From assembly GCA_030770535.1 (NCBI GenBank), contig JASVEC010000012.1, positions 992,001-1,056,000 of the forward strand: 64,000 nt of DNA, written 5' to 3'. Position 1 is the stretch's first letter. Each line of letters opens with the position of its first letter. This stretch comes from Batkoa obscura (lineage: Eukaryota). Positions 43,701 through 59,131 of this stretch are shown piece by piece. The translations under genes and the position numbers were made by a program. The notes below the pieces were generated by a model. It did no database searches, was not told where the DNA came from, and worked only from the letters and a program-made list of their open reading frames with translations.

Positions 43701-44514
43701 CTCACTTATTAACTCATACTTTATTTGTTCTGGTAATTCATCAATATTATCGATATTCGAATAGCTCATATCTGGCTACTTATATTAAATAAAATAAGTT
43801 TTATGATATTATGATTCTTACTTTATATTCTTTCAAATATTCTATCAACTCTGCATCAAAATCGTATCGTGGATCTTCATATTTCATATTTTTTCTATAA
43901 ACAATAAATATTGTTGTTATATTAGTGTTGAGTTAGTTACTCTAATCCATTTTCTAAACTCGGTAGTTCAAACTCATCCCTATTTCTTTTACTACGATTA
44001 AAACTATCTGATGAATTCAATCTTTTAAACTCATCACTTTCGTCATGTTTATTTCTATAACCAAATAAATATAAATGTTGTTAACAGTATTACTCTAAAA
44101 CTACTTTATAGTATCCAATGCAGTACTTTGTAACTTGGCCATCAAAATCTTTTCAGCTGTTGATTGTAAACTAAACCCGATTTTATCTTTATGCGCCTTC
44201 CTTTTTCTCTAAAATAATAAGAGTAAATCATAGAAATGAAATCAATTTACTAAAACTCTTAATTTAATATCCGGAGGAGGACCATCAAAAACGAACACAG
44301 GTTGAATGTTATAAAAAACTAGTTTACATATTCTTTTTAGAAACCCAATTATATGCGCATTTTCTATAACTTCCCCTCTACCATCTTTGATTCCTTTTAA
44401 AAATTGATGTACCCAAATACTGGCATCAATGGCTAATATCTTTTGATTTAAACTTTCTAGTTCAACTATTTCTCCTTCCGAGTTTATTATACTCCATAAG
44501 CCTTGTACTCCCAT
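40745..44514 (-). CDS. RAD2: RAD2/XPG nucleotide-excision-repair endonuclease, intact copy
   Basis: Complete N-domain including HIIGFLKRICKL..VFVFDG, 42-nt intron 44209-44250, spacer, I-domain, PIP-like motif; ends LNKTE*. Confidence 0.93.
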
Positions 44515-45047
44515 TTTATTTTTATATTAAATGAAATGAATTAAATCAAAAAAGTAGCTTTCGTTTTAATGACTTATTTTACTTTATGTAAGTTTTAGCT
44601 TAAATTAAATGGTTTTAAATTGTGACAAAACTTCAATTATTCGTAAATTTGAAATTAATTTATTAGAATTATAAGTATTTTGAATATAAGATATATAATA
44701 TTAAATAAGAATATTAAACAAAAAAATATTAAATATCAAACTACAGATTATTATAATTTATTTATAATTTTATTTCAGAATTTTTTAAAAGTTAAAGATT
44801 AGCACTTCAACTATGATATTTAAAATCATTAGGAAAGCAGGGGAAGTTGGACCACTTTCAAGGAGCTTTGGGGCTACGTCAAAGCCTTCCTCCATCCCAA
44901 GGAGTTAAAGCCTAATCAAATTCATCTTATTGGTATAAAAATACTAAATAAACTTCATTACAAAACTTAACTTTCGTGTAACTACTATGTAGTGGAGTAA
45001 ACAATGAAACTTTTGAGTTTCAAAAGTCAAAATGTTAGCCTTTATAT

Positions 45048-45146
45048 GGGAATGTATTTTTGTGTTTAAGAATTTTACTAACAACCTTTCCGCTCAAATA
45101 GCGCTTAAAAGATAGAAAAAATAATGAAGCCAAAAAAGACATCCCC
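45048..45146 (+). mobile_element. ~99-bp MITE copy I
   Basis: ATAT|GGGAATG..CATCCCC|ATAT. Confidence 0.92.
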
Positions 45147-46187
45147 ATATACTTCAAATTGCTAATAAAGATGAAGTCTACCCAATTTTATTGCTTTTGT
45201 ATGAATTTATAATAGATAATCTTTAACTAAGTAGACTCCAATACTGAAAATAAATTTTGTAATTAAAATAATTAGATAATTGATTAATTGAACTATATTT
45301 AAAACAAACAAACAAACAAATCTGAGTATATCATTTATTGGTTTCATAAGCTATAGTATTATAATTATAATACCATACTATTATTTTATTGACCAACACC
45401 TAATACAAATTTAAAAAAAGACTTGATAACATGATTAAAGAATTATCTATAAAATTTTTAAGCTAGTTATACTATATACTATATTGACTAAAAAACTAAG
45501 GTTTGAATTAGTAGTCATAATTATTACTTTTAATATATTAATTTATCAAGTAAATATTACATTATTTGTATTTTTATAAAAAATTTATAGGCTGATATTT
45601 AAGTATTTTTAAAGAAAGTTGGAATTAAAACAAAAATATAATAGTAAATATATATGATATCAGCTATATTTTGAAACTTTAAATTACGCTTTCTTTTATC
45701 TAAATACTTTTATATTTAATATAAAAACAAGCATTGTTAATTTTATTAAATTTTAAGTTGTTTTAATTTTCATAATATTTTATATTATTTTATAACTTTA
45801 TTTATTTATTCCAACAAATCATTTAAATATAATAGTAATAAAACCGTCTCAGTATTGAGGCCTTAATTTCTAATTTTTCCTACCATTAACCCTAAAACCT
45901 AATCTATTATAAAAACTAATTTTTAACACTTAAAACTGGCTTCTTTATTAGAATAGATTCTACATAGATATGAAAAAAGAGAATTAATTTAAACTAATCA
46001 AATTATGTAATTTCTTCAAAGTAACATATATGGTTGGGTCTACTATAGAATTATCTACCACTAACTCGTAGTATGAGGGTTTGAATCTCTGCAAGAGCAT
46101 AAATTTCAATTTGGAATTTGTTTTGCTACTAATGTAAGTTTTATGTTTAGGTTCGATAGACTATGGTATAAACAAAAGTAATGAAGT

Positions 46188-46285
46188 GAGGATATTTCTT
46201 TTGATTTCATCACTTTTCCATTCTTCAAGTGCTACTTGAGTAGAATAGTTGTTAGTAAAATTCTTAAACAAAAAAATACATCCCC
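46188..46285 (-). mobile_element. ~99-bp MITE copy J
   Basis: AAGT|GAGGATA..CATCCCC|AAAT (one mismatch between flanks). Confidence 0.88.
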
Positions 46286-47072
46286 AAATAGCTTAATACA
46301 ATATAAAAGATGCTTCTTTATACATATATTTATTGTATAAAATATAAACTTTTAACTTTTAACTTTATCATTCAATTTATTCTCAGTTCAATAACTTCAA
46401 TTCCAATCTGTTGAAATTTTCAAACCAATTCTAGAGAGATTAGAAAGTGGATAGATAATACAAAAATCTACTTTGATATACAAAAATCTCAACTCGAAGG
46501 TTATAGGCTTGATTTTGTAACAAAAAAGGGTAGCTAAATTACCTGAGTTTATTATTGATTGTTAGTTACTAAATGCAAGTTCCTTCATGTATAAGATGTT
46601 GTACTCATTGAATAAAGAATCTTTAGATGGTAAAATAATAGTTTTTTAGTACTGATATGTGAAAGTGGATTACATTAGATCAACTCTCGAGCAGCATAAA
46701 CACTCATGGATTCCATTTAGTATCCAAATGAGCTCAACCTCTCCGCTTTGATTTGTATTTAGTGTCGGTTTAGTTGACATTTTCGGTAATAAATAAAAAA
46801 AGTAAATAATTTGGGTTCAACTATTAATAAGAAATAACCATTTTATTGAGGTTGATATGTAAAGGACAATAAAGGATTTCAAAATTTTTAAAATTCAAAA
46901 TTCATTTTTAGAAATTTTTAATTTTCTGAAGTATTTTTTCGAATATTTGGAACTTTTAAATTTGTTGTTTTTAATCTCAAATTCAATAGAAAAATAGAAA
47001 TTATAGAAATTATAGAAATTATAGGAAATATAGAAAAATACTAAAAAACAATATTATCAATATTACCAAACA

Positions 47073-50000
47073 ATGACAATGTTAACAAAAAGTATATCCA
47101 AAATCATTTGTTCAGATGAATATAAAGTAAACTTTACTATGTCCTTACCCTCTCTCAATTACTAACCTTATTTTTCTATCTTTTTATTAGAACAATAACA
47201 TTGAATCAATCCTACATCATGGGCCTATCGTTGGGTTAAAATATCTCCATGGGCTAATCATAGCTAGTAGTAATGATCAGTTAAAAATATTTGATAACGA
47301 GGAGAGATTACGATTTGTTAGTGAAAAATTATTAAATTCTCAAAGAATATTTGGTATTGAAGAAAGTAAGTTTTATACTATTTATAGAACATAAAAAGGG
47401 AGGTGAACAGAGGAAGAGAGGGTAAAATGGAAACTAAAAAGTACTAATTTTTTTAGTAAGTATAGAAAAGGATGGCTATTTAATTCTCATTACTGGAGGG
47501 AAGTTTATGAGATTAGTATATCTAAATGTTAATGAGGATAGGTAATTTTAGAATATCGTTCGTTTTATTTTTAAGTCTAAAATTAACACGATTTATTATT
47601 ATATCTAGTGACATTTCGATCACCTTAAAAAGTGAAATCATAGTCTTAAAAGATTGGTTATTAACGATTAAAATCAATTCTTATAATAATAATGAATTAG
47701 ATTTATTCCTAAGTTTTAGTAATGGATTTATAGCGAAATTAGTATTAACTTTGAATCAGCAACTAGAATTTGAAAATATCTCGGATTATGGTTCAATATT
47801 AATTCCTAAAAAATGTTTATTGTAAGTTTTATTTTATGAGTTAATAATATGAATTATTAAAATAGTTATTTAATTCAATTAGATATTCTTCCTTATTTTT
47901 GAATAATACTATAGTTGCTAGTGGTACTATATTTAACGAAATTATTATTTGGGATTATAATAATACCAATATTAACAATACAACAACAATTAATGGTAAA
48001 TTAATAAAATGTTTAAAAGGTCATGAGGTAATCTTAATTAATAATTAATAACAATACATTAGTTTTATTAAATCTATAATATTACTTATTAGGGTGTTAT
48101 TTTTGGCTTAGATTTTTTAGAAAATAGAAATTTATTAGCATCTACATCAGATGATCGAACTATTAGAATTTGGGATTTAAATCAAAAGTAAGTTTAATAG
48201 AATAATGATATCAATAATAACAAATATTTTAATAAACATTTAGAAATGAAAATGAAAGTTTAAAATTTACTATATTTGCCCATCAATCTCGAGTATGGAA
48301 AGTGAAATTTATAAATTTAGAAAAAATATTAAGTATTGGTGAGGATTCTAGTTGTAAATTAATTCATTTAAATTGGGATAAAAATGAGTATCATATAATT
48401 CATTCATTTGAGAATCATTTAGGTAAAAATTTATGGAATTTTCAAATTTCAAATGATTATAAGTATCTTGTAAGTTTGACTATAATTATTGTAGTTTAAC
48501 TAAGATTAAATTTTGATATTTATTTAATTTAGTTTACTGCTGGTAATGATGGAGCATTGATTAAGTGGGAATTAATGAATTGGTTAAATGAAGGTATTAA
48601 TTTATTTTAAAATGATTTTATTTTATATATTAATAATTGTTTTTATATTAAATTTAGTACCTTTAAAATTAAATATTGAATTAGAAAAAGTAAGTTGTAT
48701 TATAATAACGATAATAAATTAATAATAAATTAAATCAGCAACAAAATGATTCTATTTGGTCATTTGTATTATTAAATGAGGAATTAAGTATAATAACAAC
48801 AAAAAAAGGGTGATTTTTATTCTATTTTTTATATTGATCTTGTTAATTAATATATCTTATTATTGTTTTATAGAATTGTTTATTTATATAATATAAAAAA
48901 TGAACAAATCAAACATATTAACTTAATTAAGGATGATCAATTAATTGGCTATTCATTAATTTCATTTATTTATAGTGAAATTAAAAAACAATATTTAATT
49001 TCAATAGCAAGTAAATTTGGATCAGCTTTTTTTATTTTATTAAATGAAACCAATTTAAATTTTGAAGTAATATTAGAATCTATTATTTATAACTATAGTA
49101 GAATAATAATGCTTTTTATTATTAGGTAACTAAATTTCAATTACATAATTCAAGAATTGAAAAAGGATATTTAAAATATAATAATAATAATAATCAACAT
49201 TTTTATTATTTAACTAAACAAGTGGATCAAAATCAAATTTTTATTAATCAATTTCAAGTTAATGAAAATACAATTATAAATCAAGTAAATAATTATTAAT
49301 AATTATTATCATATAGTAATAAAATATTGATTTTTTATTTATAGAATACAACATTAAAATTAGATATAGAAGATTATAATATAACTAGTTTTTATATAAA
49401 ACAAGAGAATGAGGATATTGATATATTATTAGGTACAAGAAACGGAAAATTAATTTATTATAAAAATGAAAAATTAAAAGAAATTCAAAAAAATTTACAT
49501 AATAAAGAAACAATTAGTGATATTCTTTATTATAAAAATAATTATTATTGCTGTGGTAGAGATGGAAGTTTTACACAATTTATTATTAATGAAAAAGAAG
49601 AAATTGAATTATTAAAGAATATTAAATTAACTAAAGGATGGATTGAAAAAATGAGTATTTATAACAATGAATTTTATTTTATTACATTTTATCAAAAAAA
49701 AATACAAATAATTGAACATAATAATTACAATTTATTATTTTCATATAATTGTGGGGGAGCTCATCGATTATGGTCAATTCATATTAATTGTAAATTACAA
49801 TTAATATTAAGTTATATAGAAAAAGGAAAGATGAATTTTATTAAAAATATTCAAAACAATTTTAATAAAAAATTATTACCAAGTATTCATGGCAGAGAAA
49901 TTAGATGTTTGGAATTAATTAAAAAGGATTTATTTGTTACTAGTGGTGAAGATGGAATTATTAATTTAATTCAATTAAACAATAATAATAATAATCAATT

Positions 50001-51164
50001 AAATTACAAATTAATTGATTTTAATAATAAAACCATGGGTTTAATTACTAAATTAATTTATTTAAATAATTATTTATTTTCAATTGGAGCTAATCAAACA
50101 CTATATGTTTGGAAAATTATTAACAATCAAATAATATCTTTCATTAGTGAAGCAGAAAAAATTGGGTAAATTAATTGTTATAATATTACAACATAATAAT
50201 AAAATATTTATAACAATATTAATTAATTTTATATGATTATTTAGTGATATTCAAGAAGTACGTATTATGGAAATTAAAGGATATACTATGGATAATAATA
50301 ATATATTATTATTAATTGGTTATTCCAATGGTTATTTAAGATTATTTAAATTTAATAATGAAGATTTAAAAGTAGAATTTTTATTTGAAATTCAATTAGA
50401 TCCAATTAAATGTATATTATCGATGGAATTTATTACTAAATTTAAACACAATAGTAAGTAATCATTATACATTATATTATATATTAATATTATATATTAA
50501 TTATAATTTATTTATTATTAGATGAATTGAATTTATTTTATATTGTTGGAGATAGTAGTGGACGAATTCATATAATACAAGTTAATAATAACCAAATTCA
50601 TTTAGTTAATAATCAAATAATTCATCAATCAGGTATTAATAGTATTAAAATAATTCAACATAATAATAATAATAATAATAATCAATATTCTATTGTTTCT
50701 GGTGGTGATGATACAAATTTAATAATTAATAAAATTGAGTTAAATTTTATTAATGATAAAATAAATGTAAATTGGTTAAAACAATTGATTTGTGATTATA
50801 AAAATGTATCTGCAATTCAAGGTAATTCATATTATATTATATCAACATAATACAATATATTAATATTAATTTAAAAATTAGATATAGTTATAATATCTAA
50901 TGATAACAATAATAATAATAATAATAATAACAAAATATATTCAATATCATCTGATTCTAGATTAATTGAATATAATTATTATAATAATGAATTGAAATTC
51001 AATTATAATTCCAGTTTTATTATTGATTTATTTGATCCATCAGCTATTTTATTGAATCAAAAGTAAGTATTTTATTATATGTTTTATATTTGACAATATT
51101 AACTCTTTTTTTTAGTAATCAACTTATTATCTCTGGGTTTGGTATTCAAGTATTAAAATTATAG
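47073..51164 (+). CDS. TRM734: WD40 protein WDR6/TRM734(RTT10), tRNA methyltransferase partner (many exons)
   Basis: VASGTIFNEI, GHEGVIF, STSDDRTIRIW, HQSRVW, SIGEDS, GNDG, CGRDG, CGGAHRLW, HGREIR, HQSGIN, SGGDD. Confidence 0.85.
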
Positions 51165-51586
51165 AATAATCGTAAAGAAGTGTTTAAAATAGAAGTTACG
51201 TTTCTTAAAACAAAATAAAAGAATTTATTTTTATTAGTTGAGTTACCTTTTTAAGTAAATTGATTAGATATTCAAACTTTGATTTGTTCAACCTGTTTTT
51301 GATATTTATACAGCTGCTGCAACTGTATTCCAACGTAATTTGCAATAACTTTTAGAGCCAGTTATTTGCTTGATTGGTTTTTTTATGGCCTAATTTAACG
51401 AATTAGTGTAGTTTTGACTCAATTTTCTTTTTGAGTGAGCGATTAATTAGGTTGTAATAGAATTGCAGCAGCTAACATCTAGATTATTGAAAGTTTAATT
51501 GGATCAATTTATTAGCATCTAAGATTTCAATCTAAAAAATCTGTTAAAATTGTTTATACCAAAACTGCAAATATTTGATTTCTACA

Positions 51587-52543
51587 ATGTCAATAGAATT
51601 TAAAGATGATTATACGCAAGAATTAGAAGGTTATAGTTTACCCCCAGAAGAAAGCAATTTCACACTAACTCCCAACCTTACTACTGAAAATAATTTTACT
51701 TCATCAACACCAAATTTAGACGATTTTTCACAGTTGTATCTACAATCTACTTCCATTGAAAGTTTACAAAAATTATTAATTAATGAACGGAATTGTCCAG
51801 AATTATTAAAATTTAATTTTTTATTATTAGAAGAAGTTAATGAATTATTAGAGTTACAAGTAAGTTAAAAGTGTTCAGATTATTCTTTTATATTTATACA
51901 TATATATTGGTTTTTTTAATATGTATTTGACGTATTGATTATTTTAAATAGTTAGCTAACTTGGAGATTATACAATTGAATTCTAAAAATAAACCGGAAG
52001 ATGAAATTAAAGTATTATTATTACAATCCGATATTGATAAGATACAATATTGTTTAAGAAATTATTTTCGAACTAGGATTGATAAAGTAAGTTAATTCAA
52101 TATTCTAACTGTATGAATAATAACTTAACTTGAACTTTTTTATTTCAAATCTCTCTTTTTTTTAGATTGAAAGATATTCTATTTATTTTTATTTAAATTT
52201 AAATATATTTCAAGAATTGTTTGCTGAATTTGAATTGGATTATTTAAGGGAGTAAGTTTTTATATTCTATTCAGCTTGCTTATTTACCTCTTATCAAACA
52301 ATTAGTTATTATTCTCTATATACCAATTATTTAAAATCGAATCAACCAGAAACATTACCAGAAGAGATAAGACTGTTAGATATTAATGAAAATCAAAGTA
52401 AGGATTTATTATAATACTATTATTTTCTATTAATTATAAATCAACTTTAGTATTAAAACCCAATTTAAATGAACCTGTATTTATTAAATGTTTAACAAAG
52501 ATAAGTGATTATACATTAGAAAATAGGTAATATTTTATAACAG

Positions 52544-52580
<37 letters not shown>

Positions 52581-52706
52581 CCTTAACTAATTAATTTTTT
52601 GACTGTATATAGTGAAGTAATTGAAATGAATCCAGGGAATATTTTTTTTTTATCTTATTCAAGTATTCGTGATCTATTGGAAAAAGAATTAGTTGAATTG
52701 ATATAA
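51587..52706 (+). CDS. SLD5: GINS complex subunit SLD5/GINS4
   Basis: NERNCPELL, DIDKIQYCLRNYFRTRIDKIE, PNLNEPVFIK, SYSSIRDLL..VELI*. Confidence 0.88.
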
Positions 52707-52796
52707 AATAGATTAAAGTAATAATAATAATTATAGTAACAACAATTACAAATAGTCGAACATAAGGTTGATAATACATAATAAAAAATAATTTAT

Positions 52797-52827
<31 letters not shown>

Positions 52828-52837
52828 TAAAAATATA

Positions 52838-53990
<1,153 letters not shown>

Positions 53991-54580
53991 TGTTATATTA
54001 TTATTGATAGATCGATGAATTGATAATAATAAGTTCTTCTTTACTGATAAAGACTATTTTGGTCTTTTGTGAATTTTTGTGTTATTAAATGATAGATATC
54101 TTATTGGTTCGAGTTGTTGAATTATTTCCTTTTTTTAAATGCTCGATGAATACATCAATTCCTTTTGTGACTTATTGTGAGAAATTGGTTCCAAGTTTAA
54201 ACATTAAATAGAAACACAAAATAAATAAAAGGATATATTATGAAGATGAAGATATAGAAATTAAATGTTAGTGTCAGATCAAGATAAAGTATAGACTTCG
54301 TAGTATTTAAATTAAGTCTTAATCTATTTTAGACACAATTACTGTCTGGAGTATAATTTGATGTCAAAAGGAATCTACACTGCTCCTCGTTTCTGTAAAC
54401 CTTAATTCCAATTTTAAATATAATAAAGAATACAAACTTATAAAAAAGAATTCATTTAAATTATATCAATTATAACCCAGAATTAATCTATAATTATTAA
54501 CAAAATACGGATCCTTATTGTTTCTATGGAGTTTCAATTAAAACACCATTGCCAAAAAAAAATAATCTTAAATTCAATTT

Positions 54581-54762
54581 AGCCTTCTGAGGGATTCGAA
54601 CCCACATCTTAGGAAATATGGGGATGTATTTTTTTGTTTAAAAGTTTTACTAACAATCTTTCCACTCAAATAGCGTTTAAAAAATAGAAAAAATGATGAA
54701 GCCAAAAAAACATCCCTATATAATATCAAATTAACAAACCAGATATATTAATTTCAGAAATC
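54581..54762 (-). pseudogene. Degenerate tRNA-like sequence interrupted by MITE copy K
   Basis: 3' part GTGGGTTCGAATCCCTCAGAAGGC (T-arm/B box plus acceptor half); eroded 5' part on the far side of the MITE. Confidence 0.45.
54620..54717 (+). mobile_element. ~99-bp MITE copy K
   Basis: ATAT|GGGGATG..CATCCCT|ATAT. Confidence 0.92.
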
Positions 54763-55290
54763 AATTGACACCTATTTGACTATTAAATTTTAAACAAGAA
54801 GGCCCCATGTGATAACATTATACTAAGGAGGCAACTTACTAGAAATAACAATTTGGAAAATTACTTTAATAAAAATATTCCAAGCTTTCAATAACTATAA
54901 CAGTTGGAATATTGATAAAGTTAAAGCTAAGGTTTTAGCATTGAATAGATTATATATTTTAAATTTAAATATTCTGTTATATAATAAAAATATATTACAG
55001 TTAAGAAAGTTATATCTTATATATAAATTAAAGTTTTGTAACAAGACAAATAACTTATATGATACCAGCTCATCACCATTTAAAATTAAAACCTGTTTTT
55101 TAACTAACTATTAAACTGAAAAAAACAATATCATAATTCTTTATTACATCACCATCTCAAAAGACTTTGAATTTCGGTCAAACTTTTAAAAACATGGAAC
55201 TAATTGCATATCTCAAGATTATTAGCCATAATAACTATTTTTTATACTATTTCTTTAACTTTGTTGCTTTAATTTTTAATTTACTATATC

Positions 55291-55903
55291 ATGACAAACA
55301 GCAAAACATCAACCCAAGTACAAAAAGTGAATAAAAAAGTTCCCATAATAGTAGATTATACAAATCTTGTATTACCCAAGGTAATCCACTCATTATACTA
55401 ATTCAATATTAACATGAATAAAGCATATCGATGTCATAAGAGCTTCTGAGGGAAGAGTCATTCAAGAATTTATAGTGGAAGAAAAGCATTTGGTAACTAT
55501 TTCAACCATCCTCTATCAATTATTTTGTAACTTTTTATTATTAAAGGATCTAAACCAAAATCTCCATGATGCATTTACAGCTTATTTAGTAGATGTCTGT
55601 GGTGCATATACAGTATCTACCTTAAACTTAAAAAAATCATTTGTTTCGGTAGATATTAATATAAGTTATTTAGCTAATGCTAAAATCAATGATAGAGTTA
55701 GATCAGTAAATTGAATATTAGCGTTTAGAAACAAAGTTACTAATTATTAATAGGATGCCAAAGTAGATGAAATTAGTCAAAGTTTAGCATTTGTATCGGT
55801 GGAAGTGTCGAGATTAAATGAGAATGAAGAGAAAGTGATAATCGCTTTGGGTAGACATACTTTGTTTTTAAAAAATAATGAGGGGAATAAAAATAAACTT
55901 TGA
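55291..55903 (+). CDS. Hotdog-fold acyl-CoA thioesterase (ACOT13/THEM2/PaaI-like), copy 1, four exons
   Basis: VEEKHL-DLNQNLHDAFTAYLVD, VSVDINISYLANA, LAF, IALGRHT; ends NKL. Confidence 0.8.
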
Positions 55904-56317
55904 TAAAAATGTGGATGTTATAAATGTTGTCATGCTCTACTTAACAAATGAGGTTTTACATTAGACTTTATGTTCAGAAACAGTAAATTAAGGATTATTA
56001 TGACAAATATATAGTATTATCGTTAAAATAAATATACGTTAAATGAAGCTTTAATATGATAATGTTAAAACAGAATTTAAAGCAATAGAGGATTAAACTA
56101 TTATTGTTAAAAAGTACGAATCATTTCTACGAAAATTATTGAATGATTCATAAATAAATATTGAAAAGTATTTTAATGTTTGATTAGATTTTTGAAAATT
56201 TATGCTGCATAAAATAATTAAAAAAATGACGTAGAAAAATATTTTTTTACTCAATTTAAGAATTGAATTTTATAAACATTAGTTAGCCTTCAACTTCATA
56301 AATCAAATTTCAATTTA

Positions 56318-56927
56318 ATGCCCAAATATCAACCAGTCCATTAATAAACGAAATCCAAAATATGGCGAAAAAAAATTCGATATTGATGTGATTATACAGG
56401 TGCTATATTACCAAGGTTAGACAATATAATAAGTTTATACATACTAATACCGTTAAAGTATTTTCAAACTATAGAGCAGAACGAGGAAAATTAGTCCAAG
56501 AGTTTATAGTTGAAAAACATTTGGTACAGTTATTAATTTTATTTATTAACTTTTTTTAACCTTTTTAAAAAAGAATCCAATCTATAGTCTTCATGGTGGA
56601 TTTTTAGCTTATCTTGTGGATGTCTGTGGAGCTTATATAATTTCTACAATACCTATAAAGAACTTTAGAGTTTCCGTGGATATCAATATAAGTTACTTAT
56701 CTAGTGCTGAAGTGGGCGAAAAAGTCAAAGTGGTAAACCATAAAAAATTAATAGGAACTATTAATAATACATAAAAGGAATTAAGAGCTGATAAAATTGG
56801 ACGCAATTTAGCCTTTACATCAATAAAGATATCCAGATTTGATGAAAATGGAAAAAAGATAGTGATTGCTATAGGAACAGATACAATGCATTTGCAAGAT
56901 AAAGCTGATAATAAAAGTAAATTGTAG
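56318..56927 (+). pseudogene. Thioesterase copy 2, apparently disabled
   Basis: Same four-exon layout with LHGGFLAYLVD and SKL end, but exon 1 has in-frame stops and there are 1-nt deletions at the exon 1 end and exon 2 start relative to copies 1 and 3. Confidence 0.72.
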
Positions 56928-57357
56928 TAAGCATGAATATTTATCGATATTATATATTTTGTAAAACATCTGAGGGTTTGAATACAGCTTTTTATTGCAT
57001 AGTATTAAATTAAGAAATATTACATTTATATTTAGTGTAATTTTTCTAATAATATTAATATATAAAACACTCTTTAAAGAAGAACATTATATTCATAACT
57101 TAAAGTCATAGTTAAAATTAAACTAAAGATGACTGAAAACATAAAATAACAATTATATCCAAATTTTTAAAAGATCATTGAGATAGCAGGTAATATATTT
57201 TTTGTTCCAGCATTTAACTAGTGATTGTTTAAAATTCATGCTACAAAAAAATAATGATGTGAAAAATAATGCTCGCTTTTTTTATTTCACTCAGGCTTTG
57301 ATTTCAATAAATAGTTTAATTCCTCAATCTCAAAAATTTATTTTTATTTATAATATA

Positions 57358-57965
57358 ATGTCAGAAAATCAAATAATAAATGGAATACAAAATGCAATTG
57401 AACAGATTCGAGAAGGGTCTGGTTATACAAGTATTGTTTTACCTGAGGTTAGAAACACTGATAAACTCGTTTCAATTTAATATTATTAAAGTATTTTCAA
57501 ACTATAGAAGGAGAGATAGGAAGGTTAGTTCAAGAGTTTATTGTTGAAGAAAAGCATTTGGTAAAGGCAAGTTTTAATCCATCAATTACATTTTTATATT
57601 TTTTTCAAAGAATCCTGGTCGTAGTCTTCAAGGAGGGTTTATAGCTTACTTAGTGGATGCTTGTGGTGCTTATGTAGTTTCAACTATTCCAGAAATTAAT
57701 TATGGGGTTTCAGTGGATATTAATATAAGTTATTTAGCTAGTGCTAAAGTAGGTGATAAAGTTAGAGTAGTAAGTAAAATAAAAGTTTTATGAGGATTAT
57801 TAATGAAAGTTAAAGGAATCAAGAGTAGATAAAATTGGACGTAACGTAGCTTTTACATCGATAGAAATATCTAGAGTAGATGAAAATGGTAAAAAGGTGG
57901 TGATTGCTTTGGGTAGACATACACTGTTTATGAAAAATAATGGGACAAATAAAAGCAAAGTTTAA
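57358..57965 (+). CDS. Hotdog-fold acyl-CoA thioesterase, copy 3, four exons
   Basis: VEEKHL-NPGRSLQGGFIAYLVD, GVSVDINISYLASA, KIGRNVAF, IALGRHT; ends SKV. Confidence 0.85.
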
Positions 57966-59131
57966 TTAATATGTAGCGTTTTGAAGGTAACTATACCAAA
58001 CGAAGTGTCGAGAATCTATATTAAGTTACATGTTTGTTAATAATAAACCGCCTGCTGCTATGATTCAATTCATTGTTTTTCAATACAAATACATAAAAAA
58101 TTGATTTTAGTAGAGTAAAGCTAAAGCTTTGATTTAAACTTATAATAGGAACCATCCTAACGATGACTAAAAAATATTAAGCATTTATACAAAAACTTTG
58201 AAAAAAAACTTTTGAATTAAATAAACACTTTTATTTCTGATTTTACATAATTAACTTTCATTATTATAATTATGTTAATATAACAATAAGCTGTAAGACT
58301 TTTTTGTTAAATTGATATTTAAGGTATTTTCCTGTTTCGATATTTCTAATTTTTTAATCTTAAATTGAACAAAATACAAGTCAAAAAACAAAATCATACT
58401 CACTAAGTTTTGATATGACAGTTTGGAAATCTGCCTTATATGGTAAATAGTTTGTAAATAAAAAATAAAGTGCGGGGAAACCTACCTAGTAAGTAATCAT
58501 ATTACTTGATTCCAATTAATATTATTTAAGTGGTCTACTAGGTATTGTTATATATTGAATGTGAGTTTTACCAATCGGTGCATGGCTTTTATCCAAAAGT
58601 AAACTTTTTTATTAAATATATCAATAAAACGGCATACTACTAATTTGAAATGAAAACATAATATAATAAATTTTAGTTATCTACTTATATGAAATAAAGA
58701 TTAGAAATAAAAAGAGTGATTTTGAATATTGAAATTGCTGTAATACCAAGACAATTACTATTGTACGTGTTTTTTCGTAATGTATTTTAATTATTACATT
58801 TGTCAACTAAACGCCTGTAACATACGCTTATATTCAAATAGTTGATATTGTAATAATATGCTTTAATATGCTAATATTGTAAATTGTATTCAATAACAAT
58901 AAAGATAATCAAAGATCAGTAAATTTAGTTAACATAAAGTAAATACTGATAAATTAATAAAAAGGAATATAACTATTTACTAACAACGGACCGAAATTTT
59001 CCAAAAAAGATATTGGATCAATTTTTTGCCTGACCGAAAATCCAAGGAAAATAATCATTCACCATCTAATATTACAATAAAAAGTATAAAAAGCAATGAA
59101 AAGAGATTTAAAAAAGCTTTTGTAATAAAAA

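Noticed and set aside
44830..44930. GC-richer island upstream of RAD2 copy 2
   Set aside because: No ORF, fold or repeat partner that I could support.
45886..45903. TTAACCCTAAAACCTAA as an interstitial telomere
   Set aside because: Only about two imperfect units; expected by chance.
46377..46781. Possible small spliced gene on the minus strand (MSTKPTLNTNQ..)
   Set aside because: Intron-like signals exist but I could not join an open frame or recognise a family; may be a relic.
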